Positions 50,410 to 59,791 of a stretch of DNA of 64,000 bases are shown here, piece by piece (the first letter of the stretch is position 1; each line of letters begins with the position of its first letter). The notes below the pieces were generated by a model that saw only the letters and a list, made by a program, of their open reading frames with translations, had not been told where the DNA came from and did not search any database. The DNA is from Longimicrobiales bacterium (lineage in GTDB: Bacteria > Gemmatimonadota > Gemmatimonadetes > Longimicrobiales > Gaopeijiaceae): positions 384,001-448,000 of the forward strand of contig CBDFIQ010000002.1 in the NCBI GenBank assembly GCA_965248195.1, in the 5' to 3' direction. Position numbers and translations under genes: made by a program.

Positions 50410-51825
50410 ATGCCAGAAAATGAGCTCGTCGAAGGACTCGGTCTCGACGAATACCAGTACGGGTTCGTCGATGAAGAGGCGCACGTCTTCCGGACCAGGC
50501 CCGGCCTGGACGAGGACATCGTCCGACAGATTTCGAAGCACAAGGAAGAGCCCGAGTGGATGCTCGAGTTCCGTCTGAAGGCTCTGAAGGTCTACGAGTC
50601 GAAGCCGATGCCGACGTGGGGTGGGGACCTCTCGGATCTCGAGGCGACGCTCGATGAGATCTACTTCTATGTGAAGCCACAGGACCAGATGGAGCGCTCC
50701 TGGGACGACGTCCCCGAGAACATCAAGAACACGTTCGAGAAGTTGGGCATCCCTGAGGCAGAGCAGAAGCTCCTGGCCGGAGTCGGAGCGCAATACGAGT
50801 CCGAGATGGTATACCACTCCCTCAAGGAGGAGTGGGCTTCCAAGGGCGTGATCTTCGATTCGATCGAAGACGGCCTCAAGAACCATCCAGAGCTCTTCCG
50901 GGAGCATTTCGCGACCGTCATCCCCATTGCGGACAACAAGTTCTCGGCGCTCAACTCGGCGGTCTGGTCGGGGGGGTCGTTCGTCTATGTGCCGAAGGGC
51001 GTAACGCTCGAGACGCCGCTACAGGCGTATTTCCGGGTCAACCAGGAGCGTATGGGACAGTTCGAGCGCACGCTGATCATCATGGATGAGGGCGCTCAGG
51101 CTCACTACATCGAGGGATGCACGGCGCCGGTCTACTCCACCGACTCGTTCCACTCCGGCGTGATCGAGATCGTCCTGAAGAGGGACGCGAGATTCCGGTA
51201 CACGACCATTCAGAACTGGTCGAACAACATGTACAACCTCGTGACTCAACGCGCCGTGGTGAACCAAAACGCGAACATGGAGTGGCTCGACGGCAACCTC
51301 GGCTCGAAGCTCACGATGAAGTATCCGTCGTGCTACCTCGTGGGTGAGGGAGCCCACGGAGAAATCATGTCCATCGCTTATGCCAGCGACGGCCAACACC
51401 AGGACACCGGGGGCAAGGTGGTTCATGTGGCCCCGAACACCACGTCATCGATCATCTCGAAGTCGATCTCGAAGGGCAATGGCCGGTCCACGTATCGCGG
51501 CCTTTGCAAGGTCTACGAGGGTGCGGTCAACGCGCGGTCCAACGTCGAGTGTGATGCGCTTCTCATCAACGATACCTCGCGCACGGATACCTATCCGTAT
51601 ATCGAGATCGAAGAGAAGAACGCGTCGGTGGGACACGAGGCGACCGTCTCCAGGGTGGGCGACGCGCAGCTCTTCTACCTCATGAGCCGCGGGCTGACGC
51701 AAGAGGAGGCCATGGCGCTCATCGTGCGCGGATTCATCGAGCCGATCGCCAAAGAGCTTCCGCTGGAGTACGCCGTCGAGCTCAACCGGCTCATCGAGCT
51801 CGAAATGGAGGGATCGGTCGGCTGA
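50410..51825 (+). CDS. sufB: Fe-S cluster assembly protein SufB
   Basis: [54 protein letters not shown]. Confidence 0.97.
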   Translation: MPENELVEGLGLDEYQYGFVDEEAHVFRTRPGLDEDIVRQISKHKEEPEWMLEFRLKALKVYESKPMPTWGGDLSDLEATLDEIYFYVKPQDQMERSWDDVPENIKNTFEKLGIPEAEQKLLAGVGAQYESEMVYHSLKEEWASKGVIFDSIEDGLKNHPELFREHFATVIPIADNKFSALNSAVWSGGSFVYVPKGVTLETPLQAYFRVNQERMGQFERTLIIMDEGAQAHYIEGCTAPVYSTDSFHSGVIEIVLKRDARFRYTTIQNWSNNMYNLVTQRAVVNQNANMEWLDGNLGSKLTMKYPSCYLVGEGAHGEIMSIAYASDGQHQDTGGKVVHVAPNTTSSIISKSISKGNGRSTYRGLCKVYEGAVNARSNVECDALLINDTSRTDTYPYIEIEEKNASVGHEATVSRVGDAQLFYLMSRGLTQEEAMALIVRGFIEPIAKELPLEYAVELNRLIELEMEGSVG

Positions 51826-51932
51826 TGTCCAACCCTGCTCAAGCAGTGGAGGCGTCGAGCGCGGAGGAAGAGACTCCGAGCTCCCTGGACCAGGGCACGG
51901 TGGAGAGCTTCAGCCGGGGTGCCCTTATCTGA
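51825..51932 (+). pseudogene. N-terminal stub (35 aa) of the gene after sufB, probably sufD
   Basis: TGATG coupling to suf[20 protein letters not shown] then an abrupt end; identity inferred from usual sufB-sufD order. Confidence 0.55.
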
Positions 51933-51977
51933 TGATCGAAGTTGGTCATTGCTAACGGCCATGAGGCATCTTCGGCA

Positions 51978-53420
51978 ATGAACGTACTCCTCATCTCCTG
52001 CTATGAGCTCGGCCATCAGCCGTTCGGAGTAGCGTCCGCTGCCGCACACTTGATCGCGGAAGGGCGCCATCAAGTGGAATGCCTGGATCTCGCCGTCGAG
52101 GTTATCGACGAGGTCAAGGTCCGCCGGGCCGACTTTGTGGGGATCTCGACTCCCATGCACACGGCGATCCGACTCGGGGTCAAAGCCGGTGAGCTGGTCC
52201 GGGGATTGAATCCGCAGTGCCACATCTGCTACTTCGGGCTTTACGCTTCTCTTAACGAGGACTACCTCCTCAACAGCGTAGCCGATAGTGTGATCGGCGG
52301 TGAATTTGAGACGCCGCTCAGGCAGCACGTCGACTGCTTGGCCCAGAATGGATCGACTGGCCCGGGAGGTGTCTCGCTCTCGGAGCTGCGCGGTCCACCC
52401 AACCTGTCTCGACAGCAGTTTCTCCCGCCGGCGCGACATTTACTACCTCCCCTGGAGAAGTATGCCCGCCTGAGGACCTCCGAAGGCGAGCTCCGGCTGG
52501 TGGGATATGTCGAGGCCAGCCGCGGTTGTGCTCATCGGTGCCGGCACTGTCCGATCCCCGCTGTCTATGAGGGGAGGCTTCGCATAGTTCAACAGGAGGT
52601 CGTGCTCGCAGATATCGACAATCTCGTGCGCATGGGGGCGCAGCACATCGACTTTGGCGACCCGGATTTCCTGAACGGTGTGAAGCACTCGCTCGGGGTC
52701 GTTCGGGAGATGCGTAACCGCCACCCCGAACTGAGCTTCAACTTCACGGCCAAGATCGAGCACCTGATCCAGCATCGTGACGCGGTCATGGAGCTGGCGG
52801 CGCTCGGGTGCATCTTCGTCGTGTCCGCTGTGGAGAGTGTGGACGACCGTATTCTCGGGTATCTCGACAAGGGTCACACCCGAGATGACGTGGTCACTGC
52901 GCTGGAGATCACACGATCCGCCGACGTAGCCCTTCGCCCCTCGCTGTTGCCTTTCACGCCTTGGACGACGCTGTCGGGATATTTGGAGCTGCTCGAGTTC
53001 GTGCAGAAGCACGATTTGGTCTATCACCTCGATCCGGTGCAATACTCCATCAGACTCCTTCTGCCTCCAGGCTCATGGCTCCTCGATATCCCTGAGATCC
53101 AGCCCTCCTTGGGGAGGCTGGTTCAGAAGGACTTCGTGTACACCTGGCAGCATTCGGATCCCAAGGTGGACGCGCTACAACAGCAGGTCTCGCGAGTCGC
53201 TGAAGAAGCAGCCAACTCGGGTGAAGACCCGGCAACGACGTTCTACCGAATCAAGGAGCTTACCGTTGCGACCATTTTTGGCCGGTGGACCGTAGCCCAA
53301 CCCCGATACCGCCGTCGGAGTGTCCGATCACCGCACCTGACTGAAGCGTGGTTCTGCTGAGCTGAGCCGACCGAGAGTCAGTTCGGCTCTGTGGCGACGG
53401 TGACAGGATTGGAAAGCTAG
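51978..53420 (+). CDS. CUAEP-tail B12-binding radical SAM selenoprotein (UGA 53358-53360 read as Sec)
   Basis: LISCYELGHQP, CAHRCRHC, tail LTEAWFC-UGA-AEPTESQF, hairpin directly after the UGA. Confidence 0.9.
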
Positions 53421-53424
53421 CGTC

Positions 53425-53632
53425 ATGGGCCATCATGCTTTTACGGTCGACGAGGCAAACGAGAAGCTTCCTGAGGTGCGGGCCGCCCTCAACCAGATCC
53501 AAAGCCTTCGCGACGTGGCACGCAGCAAGATGGACCAGCTGGCCGTGCTGGACGCTCTTTGGGGCGACCTGGTCTCCCAAAGTGCCAACCCGGATCACGA
53601 GGAGTACGCGCAGCATCGTCATTCTCTCTCGC
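53425..53632 (+). pseudogene. Truncated DUF2203-like gene
   Basis: FTVDEANEKLPEVR N-terminus; collides with the truncated ATP-grasp gene before the expected C-terminal half. Confidence 0.65.
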
Positions 53633-54422
53633 CGAGGATGGCCACGGACCGCCGCACGGAGGAGACGATCTCGCGCTGAACACTCTCGGGGAGACGGGAA
53701 GGCGTCACAAGGATGGTCTCCTCGAAGAACGGCCCCTCCATGAGGTCCGGCTTGTCCAGCACGGCCAGGGTCTGCAGCTCGCCCCCCACCACGATCCCCT
53801 CCACGGCCACTTCGCCCCCCGGCATGTACGCTTCGATCAGGATCTCGGCCACGCCGTGGCCGCTGCGCGTGACTGCGTCGGGCTGCTCGAGGATCGCCCG
53901 AATCCGGCTCCAGGCCCGGCCGAACTCTTCGGGCGTGTCTGCGCGGATCACCCCGCGGCTGGCGGACAACGCGAGCGGCTTGAGAACGCAGGGATAGCGA
54001 GCCCTCGCCGCCGCTGCTTCCGCATCATCCTCGAAGGAGGCGACGTGGAACCAGGGGGACGGGAGTCCGGCCGCCTCGAGCCGCTGCCGCATGACCGCTT
54101 TGTTACGAGCGGACCGGACCGCCTCGGGAGGATGGTGCGTCAGCCCCAGGGCCTCCGATGCTGCCGCGGCCACCGCCGCGAAATCGTCTTCCGCCGCCAC
54201 GATGGCCGTCAGCGGATAGTCCGAGACGAACCGTACGATGCTGGCCACCGATCGGTCGATGTCCCCGACGCCGAGAGTGAGCGCTCCGCCAGGTGTTAGG
54301 TCGGCGAGGGCCTGGCGGTGATTCGAGCCAACCGTGACGTCCAGGTCCAGGCGGCGGGCCGCGGCGACAAAAGCCTCGGCGCGATACGAGGTTCGTGAAA
54401 GGAGGAGAAGGACCCTCGACAC
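53619..54422 (-). pseudogene. ATP-grasp protein, C-terminally truncated
   Basis: RNKAVMR, VLKPLALSASRGVIR, IEAYMPG, FEETILVTPS; ends before the expected HxE..EVAAR segment. Confidence 0.8.
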
Positions 54423-54446
54423 GATAGGCCCTCCGTCGGGTTCCGG

Positions 54447-55058
54447 TTATTTGGACGCGCTGATGTAGGGATTCTCGCCGTCGCCGTGGTTGGTTACGTC
54501 CTCGATGCCCTCGATCTCCGGCACCTGCTCCCGAAGGATCCGCTCGATTCCCTGGCTCAGCGTCACCGAAGCCATCCCGCACCCCTGGCAACCCCCACCC
54601 ATCTGGAGGTAGACGATCTTGTCCCTGACTTCCACCAGCGTCACCTGTCCGCCGTGCTGGGCCACCCCGGGGTTCACGAACTGGTCGATGGCCTGCCGAA
54701 CCCGGTCGGCCAGTGGCCCTTCCAATGGCTTCGAGCCGATGGGCGCCAGGTTCGGGTTCTCCACCTTGAACCCGCTCTCGGTCAGGGTCTCCATCCAGTC
54801 GACGCGAGCGCCATCGAGGAGCTTCGCACTCTCGGGCTCCATCACGACCTCGAAGCCGTAGCCGTCGAACACCAGGTCTTCCGAGCATATTTCACCGGGC
54901 TCGATCATCGTGATCTCGTAGCGCGGATCGAGCGGGCTTGGGCTCGCGACTTGGATTCGGACCGCAAAGTTTGTGTCCTCGTTCGCCTGCAGGAACTGGC
55001 GGACCGTGTCGCGCGCGAGGGCCGTGAATTCGACGGGCGCCTTCGTGGTGTCTCTCAT
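54447..55058 (-). CDS. nfuA: Fe-S carrier NfuA (degenerate A-type domain plus NifU-C)
   Basis: VNPGVAQHGG..MGGGCQGCGMASVTLSQGIE..DVTNH..NPY. Confidence 0.92.
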   Translation of the reverse strand: MRDTTKAPVEFTALARDTVRQFLQANEDTNFAVRIQVASPSPLDPRYEITMIEPGEICSEDLVFDGYGFEVVMEPESAKLLDGARVDWMETLTESGFKVENPNLAPIGSKPLEGPLADRVRQAIDQFVNPGVAQHGGQVTLVEVRDKIVYLQMGGGCQGCGMASVTLSQGIERILREQVPEIEGIEDVTNHGDGENPYISASK

Positions 55059-55528
55059 TGTATAGGTGCCGGCTCTGGGCTGGTCGATGGATGGGCAAGA
55101 CCTAGTCTAGCGGAGTAGATGGCCGCCGCTCGGGCCGCATGTTCTTTCATTTTTAGGGTCATCGAGTAGAAGCCGTTTCTTCGGTTGACCGAGAGATGCT
55201 GCTCCAGCTCCAGCCGCTCGAAGAGTCCTTCTACGTCGGTCGAAAGGATCTCTTCCGGCGTCTTGCCATTGTACATCATGAGAAGCACGCCGATGAGCCC
55301 TTTGACGATGTGCGCGTCGCTGTCGCCCCGAAACACAACTTCGGACGACTCGGAGCCCTCGACGGTCACGAGCCAGACCTGACTCAGACATCCTGGAACC
55401 AGGTGCTCTTGATCCCTGAATTCCTCCGGGTACGGCTCCAGCTTCCGCCCAAGCTGGATGAGGTATCGATAGCGGTCCTCCGAGGAGCGCAACCTATTGA
55501 AGCGCTCGGCGAATTCGTCGGGGGTCAT
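55055..55528 (-). CDS. sufE: Cysteine desulfuration protein SufE
   Basis: RYRYLIQLGRKL..VPGCLSQVW..DSDAHIVKGL..LSVNRRNG. Confidence 0.93.
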   Translation of the reverse strand: MTPDEFAERFNRLRSSEDRYRYLIQLGRKLEPYPEEFRDQEHLVPGCLSQVWLVTVEGSESSEVVFRGDSDAHIVKGLIGVLLMMYNGKTPEEILSTDVEGLFERLELEQHLSVNRRNGFYSMTLKMKEHAARAAAIYSARLGLAHPSTSPEPAPIQ

Positions 55529-55550
55529 GGGTGGCGGTTGTCGTAGAGGG

Positions 55551-55877
55551 TCAAACCGTGAACGAGCTCCCGCACCCACAGCCGCCGCTCGCCTTGGGAT
55601 TCTGGAAGGTGAAGCCCTGACCCATCATGTTCGTGACGTAGTCGATCTCGACACCTTCCAAGTACTGTGCGCTGAACGCGTCCACGAACACCTTCACGCC
55701 GTTGACGTCGAGCACTTCGTCGTCCGCCTCGGGACCGTCCTCGACGTTCAAACCGTACTGAAAGCCGGAGCACCCACCGGGTAGCACCGCAACGCGGAGT
55801 CCAGCGTCACCCTCGACTCCGTGCTCCTGTATGAAGTCCTGGACCTTCTCGACCGCCGAAGTCGTCATCGTGACCAT
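55551..55877 (-). CDS. A-type Fe-S carrier (HesB/IscA/ErpA family)
   Basis: GGCSGFQY, GF.F.NP, CGCGSSF. Confidence 0.95.
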   Translation of the reverse strand: MVTMTTSAVEKVQDFIQEHGVEGDAGLRVAVLPGGCSGFQYGLNVEDGPEADDEVLDVNGVKVFVDAFSAQYLEGVEIDYVTNMMGQGFTFQNPKASGGCGCGSSFTV

Positions 55878-55931
55878 GGCCCTGACGTCCTCCTGGTATC
55901 TCACTCCACCTCGCCTTTTGTTGTCTCAATA

Positions 55932-55992
55932 GTAGTGATACGAAACTATCTTGACCATACTTAGATTAGACGAAGTGGTTTCGTATAGCTAC
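55932..55992. promoter_or_regulatory. Pair of inverted 18-bp candidate operators upstream of the iscA-sufE-nfuA operon
   Basis: GTAGTGATACGAAACTAT (55932-55949) and reverse GTAGCTATACGAAACCAC (55975-55992); third copy at 56721-56738. Confidence 0.7.
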
Positions 55993-56059
55993 TAAATGGC
56001 TGTCGTTCTGATCCTCATTTTGAGCGCATGAGCGAGGGGGAAACCTGCTAGGCCTCTGG

Positions 56060-56626
56060 TCAGGCGTCCCGCATGAAGTGCGAGCAGAACAGCTCCAGTT
56101 CGGCCGGCTCTATAACGGCACCGAAGTAACGGCACCGGAACGTATCGCCGTCCTCGCATCTCTTCAGGTGGCCGCAGGTGGCGCAGGTGCCAAACTCCTT
56201 CCCACCGCGCCGCTCTGCGAGCCTAGCCAACACGCGGAAGAGCCCGCTCGCCACTTCGGCGCGCTCTCGGGGTGACAGCTGACCGACGGCTTCGACGACA
56301 TCGTTCAGCGGATCTTCGCGCAATGCCGCCTGCGCCCTTTCCGTCAGGTCAAGTCGGGTACTTCTACCGTCCAGCGAAGAGCGGCTTCGCCCAAGATACC
56401 CGCTCTTCACGAGCCCCTTCACCGTCTGGGACGCAGTGCCTCGAGTGGTCGCGTGAAAGTCTGCGAAGCCCGAGACTGTTCGTGAAAACGAGTTTGCCCG
56501 TGAGAAATAGCGCAGGACTGACCATTGCGCGGCCGTCAGTCCTGCGGCACCGACCCCGCCGTACGCGTGCCGCCCGAGAAGGCAGATGACCTCGGCAAGA
56601 ACCCGTTCATTGATGTCTTCGTCCAT
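56060..56626 (-). CDS. MarR family regulator with Cys-rich C-terminal domain
   Basis: LTAAQWSVLRY..TRGTASQTV..DGRS..LT; tail CATC..C..C..C. Confidence 0.88.
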   Translation of the reverse strand: MDEDINERVLAEVICLLGRHAYGGVGAAGLTAAQWSVLRYFSRANSFSRTVSGFADFHATTRGTASQTVKGLVKSGYLGRSRSSLDGRSTRLDLTERAQAALREDPLNDVVEAVGQLSPRERAEVASGLFRVLARLAERRGGKEFGTCATCGHLKRCEDGDTFRCRYFGAVIEPAELELFCSHFMRDA

Positions 56627-56720
56627 CGCTAAAATGATAGCGTTTCCCAATCGAATTCACCACGCCCGTGCGGGGACCGGTGACCGACCAACCCGAGTTG
56701 ACACGCGTGCGCTGACAAAA

Positions 56721-56738
56721 GTAGTTTGGAATCGCTAT
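56721..56738. promoter_or_regulatory. Third copy of the candidate operator, between marR and the ferredoxin gene
   Basis: Reverse strand ATAGCGATTCCAAACTAC. Confidence 0.55.
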
Positions 56739-56775
56739 CATATGTTAAAAATGAATGGGTACTTCGCTGGTTTGC

Positions 56776-57009
56776 ATGACTTACATCATTGCTGAGCCCT
56801 GCATCGGTACAAAGGATGCGAGCTGCGTTGAAGTGTGCCCCGTTGACTGCATCTACGAGGGTGAGGATCAATTCTATATCCACCCAGACGAGTGCATCGA
56901 TTGCGGGGCGTGCGAGCCGGAGTGTCCGGTCACGGCGATCTTCCCGGACACCGAGATTCCGGCCGACCAGACCAGTTACCTCGAGAAGAACAGGAGCCAT
57001 TTTGATTGA
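56776..57009 (+). CDS. Dicluster (7Fe-type) ferredoxin
   Basis: [39 protein letters not shown]. Confidence 0.95.
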   Translation: MTYIIAEPCIGTKDASCVEVCPVDCIYEGEDQFYIHPDECIDCGACEPECPVTAIFPDTEIPADQTSYLEKNRSHFD

Positions 57010-57088
57010 GAGATTCGCAGAGCGCCGTACCCCGGCTGTACGATCATGGTGGTCACTTGAGCTAGGGCCGATCCACTAGGGGGCTGAT

Positions 57089-57598
57089 GTGCCGCGAGTA
57101 CCGTTCGATGCGCTGCCGGGTCATGGCCGCCTCTGGGTCTTTCCGGCGAACCGGACTCTGACCCACGTCGAGGCCCGGGCGTGCCTGGAGGTGGTCGACG
57201 AGTTTTTGGCCTCCTGGGCCGCGCACGGGGTGCCCCTGAAATCGGGTCGGGAACTGCGCGAAGGCCGCTTCCTGCTCGTGGGTGTGGACGTCGATGCGGG
57301 GACGCCCTCGGGTTGCTCGATTGACGCGCTCGTGAATCGCCTGAGGGATTTTGGCGGAGAGCTCGGCGTCACGCTGATCGATCATGCGCCCGTCTCGTTC
57401 CGGGACGCGACCGAGATCCGGACTCTGTCGCGCGCCGAGTTCCGGGCTCTCGCGGCAGACGGAGGAATCGGACCCGACGTGCCCGTGTTCGACACGAGCC
57501 TGACGCGTGTGGAGCAAGCTCGGGCGGGCGCGCTTGAGCGGCCGGCAACCGAGACCTGGCACGGTCAGGCTTTCTTCGGGGACCGGGTCCGGAGCTGA
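57089..57598 (+). CDS. Conserved hypothetical protein
   Basis: RLWVF..WAAHG..PSGCSID..TWH pattern of a known uncharacterised family. Confidence 0.8.
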   Translation: MPRVPFDALPGHGRLWVFPANRTLTHVEARACLEVVDEFLASWAAHGVPLKSGRELREGRFLLVGVDVDAGTPSGCSIDALVNRLRDFGGELGVTLIDHAPVSFRDATEIRTLSRAEFRALAADGGIGPDVPVFDTSLTRVEQARAGALERPATETWHGQAFFGDRVRS

Positions 57599-57710
57599 GC
57601 GTAGGCTTCTCGGTTCGAGGAGCCGAAGCAGGCGGAGTTTTGGAACAGGACGCCGCCGAACCTCATGCGATGACCTTGATGTCCACATACGGATTCAGGC
57701 GTCGGTGAGA

Positions 57711-57887
57711 AAGCTGTAACAAAACCTGTAACAGCGCTGGCGAGCGCCCACGAGCGCAGAATCGGCTAAATCCCCCGATTTCCAGCGCCCACGAGCGCCC
57801 ACGAGCGGTAGTCTCATATCTGATAAGCGTGAGGTCGGTAGTTCGAGTCTACCCAGGCCCATTGATGGAAATTGAAGCCCCGTAAGG
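57711..57887 (+). repeat. att junction 2: longest right arm, perfect tRNA 3'-half copy, half hairpin
   Basis: CTGTAACA x2, three CCCACGAGCG units plus one variant, CTCATAT, core 57820-57861 identical to 35374-35415, then AAGCCCCGTAAGG. Confidence 0.95.
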
Positions 57888-57985
57888 AGATCGAGGGCGA
57901 CGTCATGCATACGGTGAATCTAGCACAGAGGCGCTTGCCCCTACTGGAGGATCTTCGGTCGTACCCGTACGAGGATCCCGAGACT

Positions 57986-58336
57986 CTAGAAGGCGCTCGA
58001 GACTATTGCGAAGAAGTAAAGAGCGACCAGCACCGCGACGACGATCACCCAGCGCAGAGCCGTCGTATGGACCCTGTGCGCGTGCTTCCGGGGCTCGCTG
58101 AAGAGATAATCGGCTTCGCTGAAGGGTCTCCTGGCCGTCGGCCTGACGCTGACGGACGCGAAGCCGGCACCAAGTTCTCTCAGGGTAGCCGAGAGTCGCC
58201 GAGCCTCACGGATTCGCTGCCTAAGGCGTGGGGATAGGAGCAAGGCTGTCCCAAGCGGGATCCGCAGAAACCATGGCAGCTCTCCATCGGCGTATCGCAT
58301 GACGACCTCATCCGTGATTCTGGGCCCGAGCATCAC
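57986..58336 (-). CDS. Hypothetical protein with C-terminal TM helix, possibly a fragment
   Basis: 116-aa ORF with a hydrophobic C-terminus. Confidence 0.45.
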   Translation of the reverse strand: MMLGPRITDEVVMRYADGELPWFLRIPLGTALLLSPRLRQRIREARRLSATLRELGAGFASVSVRPTARRPFSEADYLFSEPRKHAHRVHTTALRWVIVVAVLVALYFFAIVSSAF

Positions 58337-58505
58337 TCATGACTTCTTGTCGAGGGGCGTTCGAGCGTCATCACCGGGCCGCCAAAGCCGTGCGCGCCTC
58401 ACCCCACCGACGTCCTCTCGCGGATTCCGTTGGCCTCCTCCCATCTCCAGCTGAACTCGACCCGGTAATGGCGACTAAGGTCGCTCCTGAGGGGGGAGGC
58501 ACACA

Positions 58506-59759
58506 ATGCGTGAACTTCTAAAATCCGTGGTCATGCTCACCTGGATTATCTGCGGACACGTCGCGTGTGCCCAGACGGCCGCGCCGCCAGAGCAGGGAGC
58601 TTCGGAGCAAGGGACATCCGCCACTATTTTTGAGTATGAGTCGACAGGTGAGCTTCCCTCAGTCGAAGTCGATCCTGATTCTGGCAACCGTCTTCCTCTG
58701 GTCCGCCGAGAAGACCTGGACGAGCAGGGTCAGCAGGCGTACGACGCCGCCGTCAGTGCGGCTGGAGAACTGCGGGGAGCGGCCGCGATACGCCTTCACG
58801 GGTCTGGGGTGAACGTCCGCTGGGAGTCACCGCTCGGCCGCCGGCTGACGGAGCTGGCAATCTTGACCCAGGCGCGCGAGTATCACCAGCCGTATGAATG
58901 GTCGCTTCACGAAATGGAGGCTGTCGCGGTCGGGTTGGAACCTGAGATTATTGACGTCGTCCGCTACCAGCGACCGATGGCGCGTTCCGTCCCAGGACTC
59001 GGCGATAGGGAAGCCGTCATTATCCAGATGGGTCGTGAGCTTTGCGGCGAGTACACACTGAGTCCGGAAACGTACGCGCGCACGCTACAGCTCTTGGGCA
59101 AGAGCAATTTCGTCGATGTCGCTGGCTTGATGGCCCAGTATGCGGGAACGGCTACGCGGCTGACGGCGGTGAACCAGCACATGCCCCCTGGCTGGAAAGA
59201 CTTCCTGCCACTACCGTTCACCCGCCCGGCGGACATACACCCGGACACGCGCAGCCGCCTGCCTCTCGTCTTACGTCCGACCCAGACGCAGCAGGCGGCA
59301 ACGCCGGAGAATCCTGGACTCTACCGCCGCTCGCTGGCCCCCGAAGGTACGGGACCGGGACAAATCGGGCGGCACGGTGCCGGCTTGGCGTCTCTAGAAG
59401 CCAGCGTCGGCCGGCGGCTCATGGGTCTAGCCGTTCTCGTGACGTCTCGTCCCCACAACCAGCAATATCACTGGACCATCAATGAGCGCGCCGCACGCCG
59501 CGACGGCCTGGAGGCTGCCGTCATCGACGTCGTTCGCGATAACCGGCCGGCAACCGGCTTGGATGAACCGGAGGCGGCGTTGATCGCATTCGGCCGGGAA
59601 TTGTTTGGTCAGCGGAACATTAGTGCAGAGACCTACGCGCAGGCCTTGCGGGTCTTCGGCCAAACGGATCTCTCAGATTTCATTACCTTGATGGCTCAGC
59701 ATGCATCGGAGTTACCCTTGTTAATCGCGTTCGATCAGCAGGGGCGGGAAACGGAGTAG
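58506..59759 (+). CDS. Secreted protein with two carboxymuconolactone decarboxylase/AhpD-like domains
   Basis: Internal repeat: SGNRLPLV..LGRRLTELAIL..YEWSLHE and TRSRLPLV..VGRRLMGLAVL..YHWTINE; signal peptide. Confidence 0.8.
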   Translation: MRELLKSVVMLTWIICGHVACAQTAAPPEQGASEQGTSATIFEYESTGELPSVEVDPDSGNRLPLVRREDLDEQGQQAYDAAVSAAGELRGAAAIRLHGSGVNVRWESPLGRRLTELAILTQAREYHQPYEWSLHEMEAVAVGLEPEIIDVVRYQRPMARSVPGLGDREAVIIQMGRELCGEYTLSPETYARTLQLLGKSNFVDVAGLMAQYAGTATRLTAVNQHMPPGWKDFLPLPFTRPADIHPDTRSRLPLVLRPTQTQQAATPENPGLYRRSLAPEGTGPGQIGRHGAGLASLEASVGRRLMGLAVLVTSRPHNQQYHWTINERAARRDGLEAAVIDVVRDNRPATGLDEPEAALIAFGRELFGQRNISAETYAQALRVFGQTDLSDFITLMAQHASELPLLIAFDQQGRETE

Positions 59760-59791
59760 TCGGCAGGCTTCAGCCGTGGGCGTCGGAACTA

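Larger units (their letters stand above)
45013..57861. mobile_element. Island unit 2 (about 12.8 kb), mosaic cargo, no integrase seen
   Basis: Bounded by tRNA 3'-half copies at 45013 and 57820. Confidence 0.8.

Noticed and set aside
45119..53420. Selenium-themed cluster (deiodinase-like, SelW-like, CUAEP radical SAM)
   Set aside because: The first two are Cys forms and lie in different sub-blocks; co-location may be chance.
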